NCBI GenBank assembly: GCA_039199695.1
Contig: JBCCST010000010.1
Span: forward strand, 16,635 to 80,634
Source of the DNA: Planctomycetota bacterium
GTDB lineage: Bacteria; Planctomycetota; Phycisphaerae; Phycisphaerales; Phycisphaeraceae
Direction: 5' to 3'
DNA length: 64,000 nucleotides
Shown here: positions 1-8,463 of the stretch, one piece after another
Position numbering within the stretch: position 1 is the first letter of the stretch
Layout: each line of letters starts with the position of its first letter
Made by a program: the position numbers and the translations under genes
The notes under the pieces: generated by a model
What the model saw: only the letters and a program-made list of their open reading frames with translations
The model's database searches: none
Told to the model about the DNA's origin: nothing

Positions 1-902
1 ATCTCGGGACGGTTTGGGATCGTAAGGTCGGAACCCACGATCGCACGCCCCGCACGATCAAGAGGCGTGCCGAGACTCTGAAGCAGCGGGCTCGCTTTGA
101 CTCCGGCCGCCCAGAAAATATTTTGCGCCGGGACAAATTCTTCATCAATATGCACGCCGTTTTCATCCAACGATGACACACGGCGGTTCAACTCGACCTC
201 CACACCAAGCGATTCGAGATCACGCTTCGCACGGGCGGACAGAGCTTCGGGAAATCCGGCCAGCACCCGCGGGCCACCCTCAAACAAGACCACGCGGGCG
301 GTTTTGGTGTCGATGTTGCGGTATTCTCGCGGCAGGGTTCGGCTGGCAATCGACTTGATCGCGCCAGCAAGTTCAACGCCGGTCGGACCACCACCGATCA
401 CCGCGAACGTGAGCGCGGCGCGGCGTGCGGCTTCGTCGGCCTCGTGTTCGGCCGACTCGAAGGCCAACAGCATCCTCCGCCGGATCTCGGTCGCGTCTTG
501 GATCGTCTTGAGCCCCGGGGCGACCGACTCCCAATGGTCGTTACCGAAATAATCGTGCCGCACACCAACACACAAGACTAAATAATCGTACGGGACGGTA
601 CCTTCTTCGACCACGACCCGTCGTTGCTCGGCATCGATCCCCACCACATTAGCGAGTACCACCTGGCAGTCTGCTTTTTCGGCTAGCGCGGATCGGATCG
701 GTGCACTGATGCTGGCCGGCGAGAGCGAAGCGGTCGCCACTTGGTACAACAACGGCTGGAATACGTGATGGTTCTGCCGATCCAAGAGAGCGACATCCGC
801 ATCAACCCCCCGAAGTTGCTTGGCCACGGCGAGACCCGCGAAGCCACCCCCAATAATGAGTACCCGTGGTCGATCCGACGACTTACCCTGTTCTCTTGTG
901 AT
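1..902 (-). CDS. ndh: Type II NADH dehydrogenase-like NAD(P)/FAD-dependent oxidoreductase; 3' end runs off the window and the start codon is anomalous
   Basis: Manual translation of the minus strand gives RVLIIGGGFAGL, NHHVFQPLLYQVAT, YDYLVLCVG and FAVIGGGPTGVELAGA, motifs typical of NDH-2. An in-frame TGA lies at 915-917 and there is no ATG/GTG/TTG between it and the first Rossmann motif. Confidence 0.85.
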   Translation of the reverse strand, partial: MTREQGKSSDRPRVLIIGGGFAGLAVAKQLRGVDADVALLDRQNHHVFQPLLYQVATASLSPASISAPIRSALAEKADCQVVLANVVGIDAEQRRVVVEEGTVPYDYLVLCVGVRHDYFGNDHWESVAPGLKTIQDATEIRRRMLLAFESAEHEADEAARRAALTFAVIGGGPTGVELAGAIKSIASRTLPREYRNIDTKTARVVLFEGGPRVLAGFPEALSARAKRDLESLGVEVELNRRVSSLDENGVHIDEEFVPAQNIFWAAGVKASPLLQSLGTPLDRAGRAIVGSDLTIPNRPE

Positions 903-988
903 AGCTAGCCTCTCTCATTCATGCGGGAGCGAAGTTGCGCTTCATACCCAAGAAAGCCGAAAGTTTTATCGACCCACCGATTTGAACC

Positions 989-1002
989 TTGATCAAGATC
1001 AG
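989..1002. promoter_or_regulatory. FNR/CRP-family-like binding site upstream of ndh
   Basis: TTGAT-CAAG-ATCAG is a 9/10 match to the FNR consensus TTGAT-N4-ATCAA. It sits about 40 nt upstream of a plausible minus-strand start site near a -10-like AAAACT (967-962). Confidence 0.45.
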
Positions 1003-1183
1003 GTTGAAGTATCGAAAGCGTATGGCCCCTGATTCACGATCTGTGTTGCGTCGATATTCGATCGCATCGGATCGCTCGTGCCGCAACAGCAATAAAGGCA
1101 GTACGTCTCGACCACACCGGCCCCGATTCAATTAGCCGCTATCGGAACAGAAAAACCACCTTTGGATTTTTCATCAAACCAAC

Positions 1184-1199
1184 TTATCCAGTTGGATAA
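1184..1199. promoter_or_regulatory. Perfect 7+2+7 palindrome, operator-like
   Basis: TTATCCA-GT-TGGATAA in an AT-rich intergenic region. The regulator is unknown. Confidence 0.3.
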
Positions 1200-1363
1200 T
1201 ATTCGGCCGCTCGTGTTGTTGCAAGGCCATTGGGGGTCACATCTTTGCAGATGAGCGGGAGATAGAAAGGCTGTGAGTGATACCGGATGCAATCATCAAC
1301 ATTACGGCGGTCAACCTCACCATAGATCATCACCTTACGGCGAGGCGATCAACACCTGAGAAC

Positions 1364-1398
1364 AAAAAAGAGTTCCCGTCTGGTTGACGAGAACTCTT
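1364..1398 (-). terminator. Rho-independent terminator downstream of tRNA-Gly
   Basis: The minus strand reads AAGAGTTCTCGTC-AACCA-GACGGGAACTCTT followed by a T-run. Confidence 0.8.
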
Positions 1399-1408
1399 GA
1401 AAGATCAG

Positions 1409-1481
1409 AGAGGGTGACCGGGGTCGAACCGGCAACATTCAGCTTGGAAGGCTGACGCTCTGCCAATTGAGCTACACCCTC
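1409..1481 (-). tRNA. tRNA-Gly (TCC), CCA not encoded
   Basis: Cloverleaf with a GAGGGTG/CACCCTC acceptor stem, anticodon loop CTTCCAA, T-loop GGTTCGA and discriminator U. Confidence 0.95.
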
Positions 1482-1631
1482 GATGATGAGCAATACTCAT
1501 TACCCCACAAGATGCTATCACAATAGTGAAAGCACGGCTAAGCGTCACCTTTGCGTTCGTGCTTACGGCAGATCTGACGAGTTAGCCTCAACGGGATCTA
1601 TGTTTGGGCGTTATCCGGTCGGGCGGCTTGA

Positions 1632-2297
1632 TTAATCGCCGTCATTATCAAGCCGCGACATCCGGCCGAGGTACACGCGGTTGGGGTCGACCGAGCCTTT
1701 GAAACCCTCGGCGTTGTTGAAATATTCGGTGTGGACGCCGATGCCGTCGGTGGCGGTTTGGGTGCTCCAGTAGCGGATGCCGACGCGGTTGCCCTCGTCG
1801 TCGGTTTCCCACGCCAGGAAGATGACGCTGTGGCCGGACTTGCCGCGCCAAAACTGAAGGAAGTCGCCCGCCTGAGCGTCGTCGTGTTCCACCGCATAGC
1901 CGATGCCGAGTTGTTCCAAAGCGTAGACGCATTGGGTCTCGGCCGAGACTTCATTCGTGCCGTACCACTGGCGCTGGAAGGTTTTGATTTCTTCAAACGA
2001 TTTATCTCGGATCAGTCGGCTGCGTTTGGCGGCTTCCATGGCCACCGTGAACGTGATGCCCGAGCAGTAGGTGCCGTCGGCAGAGGTCTTCTTGAGGACG
2101 ACTTTCCCTTGGTGCCGGATGGTGTGCGGCACGCCGGTGCTTTCCCATTCGTAGCCGCCGCCGGTGGGCATGCGGTCGATGAGCTTGAGGACCATCGAAT
2201 TGACGGCGGCCTCGTCGGCGGCTGCCGGGGCGGCATTAATCGTCGCGGCCAAACAAAGAAGAACGCCGATTATCCATCGCCAAGGGCTGTTCTGCAT
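1632..2297 (-). CDS. Secreted NlpC/P60- or CHAP-like cysteine hydrolase, putative peptidoglycan endopeptidase
   Basis: ATG at 2297 with a GAGGAG RBS and a signal peptide (WIIGVLLCLAATINA-A). Cys motif GTYCSGITF and His motif GDFLQFW..SGHSVIF form a papain-like dyad. Confidence 0.6.
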   Translation of the reverse strand: MQNSPWRWIIGVLLCLAATINAAPAAADEAAVNSMVLKLIDRMPTGGGYEWESTGVPHTIRHQGKVVLKKTSADGTYCSGITFTVAMEAAKRSRLIRDKSFEEIKTFQRQWYGTNEVSAETQCVYALEQLGIGYAVEHDDAQAGDFLQFWRGKSGHSVIFLAWETDDEGNRVGIRYWSTQTATDGIGVHTEYFNNAEGFKGSVDPNRVYLGRMSRLDNDGD

Positions 2298-2421
2298 ATG
2301 GAACTCCTCGAGTAGTTGGAACAGATTGTAACCCGCTGGGTCGAGCTTCGGCCACGATTCAACCAACAATTTGGATTCGATGACTCTTCGCCAACCGCTA
2401 TCGCCCGCTAAACTATGGGCT

Positions 2422-3531
2422 ATGGCGATGGCTGAGTTGTTTGCCCGCACGATCGACCACTACCTCGAACCGATCCGGCCGTACCTGGCCGACTCGTCGG
2501 TGACCGAGGTGATGGTCAACGCGCCGGACGAGATATACGTCGAGCGCGACGGGCAACTCGTACTCACCGATGCTCGCTTCGACGACACCGAACGTTATGA
2601 AGCCGCCGTCAACAATATTCTGCAGTTCACCGGGAAATCGCTGGCCGACGAAGAAACCCTCGTCGACGCCCGGCTGCCGGACGGCTCACGCGTCCACGTG
2701 GCTAAGGCCCCTTGCGCGCGCCACGGCACCGTGATGAGCATCCGCAAGTTCAGCCGGATGATGCTCGATATCGATTGGCTAATCGAACTCGGCTCGCTGA
2801 CGACCCAAGCCCGCGACTTCTTGAAGGTCGCGGTGGTCGCCGAGCAAAACGTGCTCGTCGCCGGCGGCACGAGTTCGGGCAAGACCTCGCTGCTCAACGC
2901 GATGTCGGCGTTCATCCCGTCGGGCGAGCGCCTGGTCGTCATCGAAGACTCCGCTGAGCTGCAGCTCCAGAAAGACCACTTGGTGTCGTTGGAATCCAAA
3001 CCCGCCGACACGTTTGGCCGAGGCGCGATCGGCGTGCGCGACTTGTTCCGGTCTTCGCTCCGCCTCCGCCCCGACCGGATCATCATCGGCGAGGTCCGCG
3101 GCGGTGAAGCCCTCGACATGATCCAGGCCATGACGTCCGGCCACGGCGGGTCGATGGGCACGCTCCACGCCAACACCCCCGCCGACGCGCTCAACCGACT
3201 CGAAACCATGGCGCTCATGTCCAAAGTCGAGCTGCCGCTGCACGCGCTGCGTAGCCAAGTCAGTTCGGCGATCGACTTGGTCGTACAGATGTCCCGACAG
3301 ATCGGCGGCCGGCGGCTGGTCACCCACATCAGCGAGGTCTTGCCTCTGGGCGACCATAACTATTACCAACTCCGCGATATCTTCACGATGAAACAAGTCG
3401 ACGACGATGACGGAGGTAAGGCCATGTGGCTGACCTGGACCGGCCAAGAATCCGTGCTGGCCGGGCGACTTGATGCCGATCAACAAGCGGCCGCATCTCC
3501 GGCGGTTCGCGCGATCTTTGGTCTGGATTGA
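2422..3531 (+). CDS. cpaF: Tad pilus assembly ATPase CpaF/TadA, short copy 1
   Basis: Walker A GGTSSGKT, Asp box VIEDSAELQL, Walker B PDRIIIGEVRG and His box GHGGSMGTLHAN. Confidence 0.9.
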   Translation: MAMAELFARTIDHYLEPIRPYLADSSVTEVMVNAPDEIYVERDGQLVLTDARFDDTERYEAAVNNILQFTGKSLADEETLVDARLPDGSRVHVAKAPCARHGTVMSIRKFSRMMLDIDWLIELGSLTTQARDFLKVAVVAEQNVLVAGGTSSGKTSLLNAMSAFIPSGERLVVIEDSAELQLQKDHLVSLESKPADTFGRGAIGVRDLFRSSLRLRPDRIIIGEVRGGEALDMIQAMTSGHGGSMGTLHANTPADALNRLETMALMSKVELPLHALRSQVSSAIDLVVQMSRQIGGRRLVTHISEVLPLGDHNYYQLRDIFTMKQVDDDDGGKAMWLTWTGQESVLAGRLDADQQAAASPAVRAIFGLD

Positions 3532-3559
3532 AGCTGCGGGTTCCGATAAGATGGAGAAT

Positions 3560-3805
3560 ATGGACGTTAGCCGTTTGTCCGCCGAGCCACCAACCGACTC
3601 ATGCAAACACCGTATTTCGCGTATTTTACGGCGTTTTCGTCGAAAATGGCGTCGAGACGGTGAGCGCGGAGCTACCCTGTTGGAGTGGCTATTGCTGCTC
3701 GCGGCCGTCGCCCTGCCGAGTTACTTTATAATTCAGGTTGGCTTAGCGACGCTTTTTGCCCACTACCGTCTGGTCACCACAATCAACGGCCTGCCGCTGC
3801 CGTGA
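3560..3805 (+). CDS. Flp/TadE-like prepilin
   Basis: Basic leader followed by ERG^ATLLEW (Glu at +5) and a hydrophobic helix. GGAG RBS before ATG 3560. Confidence 0.65.
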   Translation: MDVSRLSAEPPTDSCKHRISRILRRFRRKWRRDGERGATLLEWLLLLAAVALPSYFIIQVGLATLFAHYRLVTTINGLPLP

Positions 3806-3911
3806 CCCGTACGGGCTTACGCTCCACCCAACCACCCCGGCCTTTGAACCGGCCGACGCCCCACTACACGGGGCAATTCCCCACCGCCCCTTCGCCTCCG
3901 AGGCCTTTGTC

Positions 3912-4151
3912 ATGAAGAAGAAGACCCTGACTCTGATTCGAACATCTCGGCGCATCCTAAAGACGCTCCATCGCGACGAACGCGGGGCCGAGGGCCTCGA
4001 GAAGCTTCTGATCGTGGCCGCCATCGTCTTGCCGCTGCTCGGGCTACTCATCCTCTTCCGCCAGTCGTTGGGTGACTGGGTCGTGGGTGAATGGGATGAC
4101 GTCCGAGACTCGGCCGAGGGTGACCTGCCCGGCCCGTCCAACACGCCGTGA
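3912..4151 (+). CDS. Flp-type (type IVc) pilin
   Basis: 79 aa: basic leader, RDERG^AEGLEK (Glu at +5), hydrophobic segment and short acidic tail. Confidence 0.75.
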   Translation: MKKKTLTLIRTSRRILKTLHRDERGAEGLEKLLIVAAIVLPLLGLLILFRQSLGDWVVGEWDDVRDSAEGDLPGPSNTP

Positions 4152-4210
4152 CCACCGGATCGATTGAGCATGAGCATCACGGCAGATATTTCCGACGCGG
4201 GTGATGATTC

Positions 4211-4783
4211 TTGACCGCGACCCCGTGGATCATGTACGTCCTGCTGATCGGGGTGGTCATCGTAGCCGCGGTGACGGATCTCCGGACAACCTTGGTACCC
4301 AATCGGCTGACCTACCCCGCGATTCTCGCCGGGTTGATTATTTGGCCCGTGGCCGGGTTTATCGTCAAAGACGGAGGCTTGGCGATCGAATGGGGCCAAG
4401 CGTCTTGGCTCGGCATGCTCAGCGGGCTGATTCCCTTTGCGTTGTTGGTGATGACCGCCGGGCTGGGCGGGGGCGACATGAAACTCATGGCCGCGGTCGG
4501 GGCGTTGTCCGCCTCGTGGGAGGTGGTCCTGAGCACGACGATTTACGCGCTGGTCGTCTCTGTGTTCATGGCGGTGTTTGTCATGATCCGCAAAGGCGTG
4601 GTGAAGCAGACCCTCAGCCGAGTGTTTTCGGCGGCGCTCCTGGCCTCGGCTCGGGTGAAAACCGACCTGCCCAAAGACAGCCCGACGGTCGCGTTCGCCG
4701 CGGCGGTGGCGGTCGGCGCCGTCGTGGCCGGGGCCGAGCAAATGGTCGGCTGGGACTCGCCGTGGCGTGCATTCAGCCCGTAG
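4211..4783 (+). CDS. cpaA: Prepilin peptidase CpaA/TadV (A24 family, no methylase domain)
   Basis: Catalytic Asp motifs AVTDLRTTLVPN and GLGGGDMKL, with multiple TM helices. Confidence 0.85.
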   Translation: MTATPWIMYVLLIGVVIVAAVTDLRTTLVPNRLTYPAILAGLIIWPVAGFIVKDGGLAIEWGQASWLGMLSGLIPFALLVMTAGLGGGDMKLMAAVGALSASWEVVLSTTIYALVVSVFMAVFVMIRKGVVKQTLSRVFSAALLASARVKTDLPKDSPTVAFAAAVAVGAVVAGAEQMVGWDSPWRAFSP

Positions 4784-4856
4784 GCCGGACCGCCGGCTTG
4801 CCTAAAACCCCAATGTGCAATAGCCCGCACGATTTACGCGTTTTGCGGGTAAAATA

Positions 4857-7421
4857 ATGGACCCCATGCCCGACCCCGAAACCCCCGGCCCCGCCAACTC
4901 CGCCGTCACGACCTTGAGCCTCAAACCGGGCGATCAAGTCGATGCTTTTACCATCGTCGACACCATCGCGACGACCGGCTCGGCCGTGGTTTTCAAAGCC
5001 CACGACGCCTTGCTCGATCGCCACGTCGCGATCAAACAGATCATCCTCGGCCATGAAGATTCCGACGAAGCCCTGCGCAAACGCATCCGCGACGAAGCCG
5101 CGATCCACAAACGCGTTTCGACGTCGCAACCCAAACACCTGATCCAATTCATCGACGCCGTGGACGACCCGCGGGGGCTGATGCTCGTCGGCGAGTATTA
5201 CCCGTCGACCTCGCTCGAAGACCTCTTGGCCAAGACCACCGCCCCGCTCGACGAACGCCAAGCGCTCGGCATCGTCGCAGCCACCGCCAAGGGCCTCGAA
5301 GCGATCCACGGCGCGGGCGTGGTCCACCGCGACCTCAAGCCGAGCAACATCCTGCTCGGCGAGGACGGCGGGCTGAAGATCTGCGACTTCGGCCTCTCGG
5401 CGTTGATCGAGTCGCAAGACTCGCTCTCGCTCGGCTCGGTCCGCTACATGGCCCCCGAGTTGCTCAAATCCGAGACCGCCGACGGACGCGCCGACCTCTA
5501 CTCGCTGGGCATCATCGCCTACGAGATGCTCGCGGGGCGAGCGAACTTCGACGTGGCTTTCCGCAATGTGTTGCGTGACCAGCGCAACCAGGCGATGCGT
5601 TGGATGAAGTGGCACACCAACCTCCGCGTGTCCGCGCCGCTGCTCGACGACTACCTGCCCGATCTGCCGCCCCACCTGGTGCAACTCGTGGCCCGGATGA
5701 TGGACAAGGACCAGGCCCGCCGCGTCGGCACCGCGGAGGACGTGATCGACGCCATCCGCCGACACTTCACCGGCGACGGCCCGGATACCGATCTGTCTCC
5801 GCGACGCAGCATCGACCACCCCGGCATGGGTCCCGCCACCACCAGCACCCCGGGCGACACCACGGAGTTGCCGAGCACGAGCAAACTCCCGCTGATGCTG
5901 GGGGGCTTCCTGCTGTTCTGGGTGGTAGTCTTCGGCGTGCTTTTCGTGATCAACGATCAGAAGAAAAAATCCGCCTACAACCAAAAACTGGCCGACGCCA
6001 ACGCCTTGATCGACGAGGGCATTGATCGCTACGACGAAGGCGATTACAACGGGTCCCTCGAAAACTACCAAGCCGTGCTCGCGGTTTGGCCCGAAGAGAG
6101 CGAAGTCGCCCGGAATGCCCAACTCGGCGTCTGGAAAGCCCAGGGCCGTATCGCGTTTGCTGAGGCCCGATACGACGATGCGGTTGCCTTTTTCGAGCAA
6201 TACAAAGACGGGGGTGGCAGTGCGGTGACCGTCGATACCCTGATCCTCGAAGCAAAAGACAACGAGGCTTTTGCCCAGATCGATCAGACGGTGCTCGAAG
6301 CGATCGAAACGGGCGAGTTCACCGAAGCGCAACAAACCGTCAAAGAAGCCCGCGAACAAAACTGGACCGACGGCCAAGTCGCTCGACTGGACGAACTCGA
6401 CACGCTTATCGACGAACGCCGAGCCGAGGTACTGGCCGCCGAGCGCATCGCCGAGGCCCGGCGTCTGGTGGAGGCCGGCGACCGCCCCGCGGCCATCGAA
6501 GTTTTAGAAGATTTGGCCGGGTTGCCCGAAGAAGGCCAGACACTCCTGACCGAGTTACGGGCGGACGTGGCCTACGACAACGCGATCGCGGAAGGCGAAG
6601 AAGCCCTCCGCACCGGCCGACTCGGCGAAGCGGTAGACGCGTGGCGGGCGGCCTTGGCCCTCCGCCCCGACGAAGCACTCGAATCCCGGATCGCCCGCGT
6701 CGAGGCCCGCCGCCTGGTCGCGGAAGCCGCCAAGCTGTTCGACAACGGCGAGTTTGACGCCGCCGAAATCCGCATCGCCGCGGCGCTCGACCAAGACCCC
6801 GAAAACGTCGACGCGCTGCGTCTGCAGCAGCAGATCGCGGTCAAGACCGAGCTCGCCATCATCGAACGGCGAGGCGACGCGGCCCTGGCCGCCGGTAACC
6901 TGAGCGGCGCGATCACCGCTTATGAAGAAGGCCTGGGACTGGCCCCGGATTACCAGGCGCTGGTCCAAAAGCTCAACCGCGTGCGGGTACGCCAAAATCT
7001 CGATAGCGCCCGTGCCGCGATCAACGACGGCAAACTCGATCAGGCCGACGCTTTCCTGAAAGACGCCCAACTCATCGACCCGGACAACACCGACGTGGCC
7101 GAACTGTTGGCCACCCTCGATACGCAGCGCCGCTACCGGGACCTGATCACTCAGGCCGCCGAGGCCCGCGCCATCCCCGATTTCGGCCGGGCCAAGCGCC
7201 TCTACCGCGAGGCCAAAGAACTCGTGCCCGGCGACGAGATCGACAAGCTGATCGAACAACTCGACTTCGACAACTTCCTCGCTCAGGCCCGCGCTTTGAT
7301 CGCCAAGGGCGAACTCGCCGCCGCCCGGGGCATGTTGCAACAGGCCCGCCGCATCGACTTCACCCCCGAACTTGCCAAGCTCCTCGAAGAAGCCGAGGGC
7401 ACCCCGCCGGCCAGCAAGTAA
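4857..7421 (+). CDS. Transmembrane Hanks-type Ser/Thr protein kinase with C-terminal TPR-like repeats
   Basis: Motifs VAIK, HRDLKPSNILL, DFG, YMAPE and DLYSLG, then a single TM (LMLGGFLLFWVVVFGVLFVI) and about 480 aa of TPR-like helical repeats. Confidence 0.9.
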   Translation: MDPMPDPETPGPANSAVTTLSLKPGDQVDAFTIVDTIATTGSAVVFKAHDALLDRHVAIKQIILGHEDSDEALRKRIRDEAAIHKRVSTSQPKHLIQFIDAVDDPRGLMLVGEYYPSTSLEDLLAKTTAPLDERQALGIVAATAKGLEAIHGAGVVHRDLKPSNILLGEDGGLKICDFGLSALIESQDSLSLGSVRYMAPELLKSETADGRADLYSLGIIAYEMLAGRANFDVAFRNVLRDQRNQAMRWMKWHTNLRVSAPLLDDYLPDLPPHLVQLVARMMDKDQARRVGTAEDVIDAIRRHFTGDGPDTDLSPRRSIDHPGMGPATTSTPGDTTELPSTSKLPLMLGGFLLFWVVVFGVLFVINDQKKKSAYNQKLADANALIDEGIDRYDEGDYNGSLENYQAVLAVWPEESEVARNAQLGVWKAQGRIAFAEARYDDAVAFFEQYKDGGGSAVTVDTLILEAKDNEAFAQIDQTVLEAIETGEFTEAQQTVKEAREQNWTDGQVARLDELDTLIDERRAEVLAAERIAEARRLVEAGDRPAAIEVLEDLAGLPEEGQTLLTELRADVAYDNAIAEGEEALRTGRLGEAVDAWRAALALRPDEALESRIARVEARRLVAEAAKLFDNGEFDAAEIRIAAALDQDPENVDALRLQQQIAVKTELAIIERRGDAALAAGNLSGAITAYEEGLGLAPDYQALVQKLNRVRVRQNLDSARAAINDGKLDQADAFLKDAQLIDPDNTDVAELLATLDTQRRYRDLITQAAEARAIPDFGRAKRLYREAKELVPGDEIDKLIEQLDFDNFLAQARALIAKGELAAARGMLQQARRIDFTPELAKLLEEAEGTPPASK

Positions 7422-7506
7422 GTCCGCCCGCCGGCCACGCTCGGCCACACCACCCCACCGCCCCGGAATACACCCACTCCGGATTCGCGTACGGAACACC
7501 ATCCCC

Positions 7507-8340
7507 ATGAGTCAGATGCCCGGTTCTCCCACCGTCCCTTTGCCCAAAAAGCCCGGCCAGGCCGGCGCGACCACACCCGGTGCTCCCCCGGCCAGTCCGA
7601 AGCTCGTGGGTTTGGCGCTACTGATCGCGTTGATCGCGGTGGTGTTGGTCAACCTCTATATCCTTGGCGTCAAAAAGGCGGCCGAGGAAGGCGAGTACCG
7701 GTTCTTCCGGCTGGTGGTCGCCAAAGACGTGGGACAAACTTTGGAACTCGAAGACGTCCGCCTCGTCGGCGTCCCCGAAAGTTTCCGCGATGCGTTCCGT
7801 GACGTTGTCGAACCCAACAGCCAGGGCCAGCCCCTGCGGTTGGGCGATCCGTTTACCCGCCGGGCCGAGGCGGGCGAGCCGCTGACCACGCGCATGTTCG
7901 ACGACCTCACCGGCGACGCCTCCCGCCGGCTGATCACCGAAGGCTTCCGCGGCGTGTCGTTGCCGGTGGTGTCGAAGCTGCTCCCTGACCCGCTCAAGTC
8001 CGAAATGCGGGTGGACATCCTCGCCCCCGTCCGCACGACCGGCGGGCGGCAGGAAATCATGCCCGTGATGGAAAATGTCCGCGTGGTCAGCGTGGGCTCG
8101 CGCACGATCGTCGATGAACAATCCGGCGGCCGATCCGCGGGCAACTTCGAAACTCTCACGGTCGAAGTCCGCCCAGGTGAAGCGGTGCTGCTCGAAGAGA
8201 TCACGCAAGAAGTCCAGAAGACCGGCGTGTACCGTGTCCTGCTGCGTTCCCCGGATGATCAACGCCCGACTTTCATCCCCGAAGGCGGGCTCAATCCCGA
8301 TATCCTCGAACGCTACGGACTACAAGCCGCTTCGCGGTAG
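7507..8340 (+). CDS. cpaB: Flp pilus assembly protein CpaB/RcpC (SAF domain)
   Basis: N-terminal TM, SAF-like segment (VVAKDVGQTLELEDV) and CpaB-type segment (GFRGVSLPV..MRVDIL..VMENVRVVSVG..TLTVEV). Confidence 0.75.
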   Translation: MSQMPGSPTVPLPKKPGQAGATTPGAPPASPKLVGLALLIALIAVVLVNLYILGVKKAAEEGEYRFFRLVVAKDVGQTLELEDVRLVGVPESFRDAFRDVVEPNSQGQPLRLGDPFTRRAEAGEPLTTRMFDDLTGDASRRLITEGFRGVSLPVVSKLLPDPLKSEMRVDILAPVRTTGGRQEIMPVMENVRVVSVGSRTIVDEQSGGRSAGNFETLTVEVRPGEAVLLEEITQEVQKTGVYRVLLRSPDDQRPTFIPEGGLNPDILERYGLQAASR

Positions 8341-8355
8341 ACGCCGCTTCGCGGC

Positions 8356-8453
8356 AGTGATGAGTACTCAGTGAACAGTAATGAGTACGAGTCGCCGACT
8401 AATCCCGAAAACTTGTACCTTCACTCGTCACTATTCACTGTGCACTCATCACT
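8356..8453. repeat. Heptamer-unit inverted repeat element 1 (AGTGATG-type)
   Basis: Left arm AGTGATG AGTACTC AGTGAAC AGTAATG AGT. The reverse complement of the right arm (8423-8453) is AGTGATG AGTGCAC AGTGAAT AGTGACG AGT, matching at 26/31 positions. Confidence 0.85.
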
Positions 8454-8463
8454 CTGACTTGAA

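Noticed and set aside
919-1131. 70-aa ORF upstream of ndh
   Set aside because: It has no recognisable motif, atypical composition, and overlaps the likely ndh promoter and FNR-like site.
4773-6377. Long antisense ORFs (also 9487-10830, 39461-41338, 47726-49309, 21739-22917 and others)
   Set aside because: They are shadow frames of well-supported genes in high-GC DNA and carry no recognisable motifs.
8326-8354. 12-bp direct repeat as a target-site duplication of heptamer element 1
   Set aside because: Both copies lie on the same side of the element rather than flanking it.
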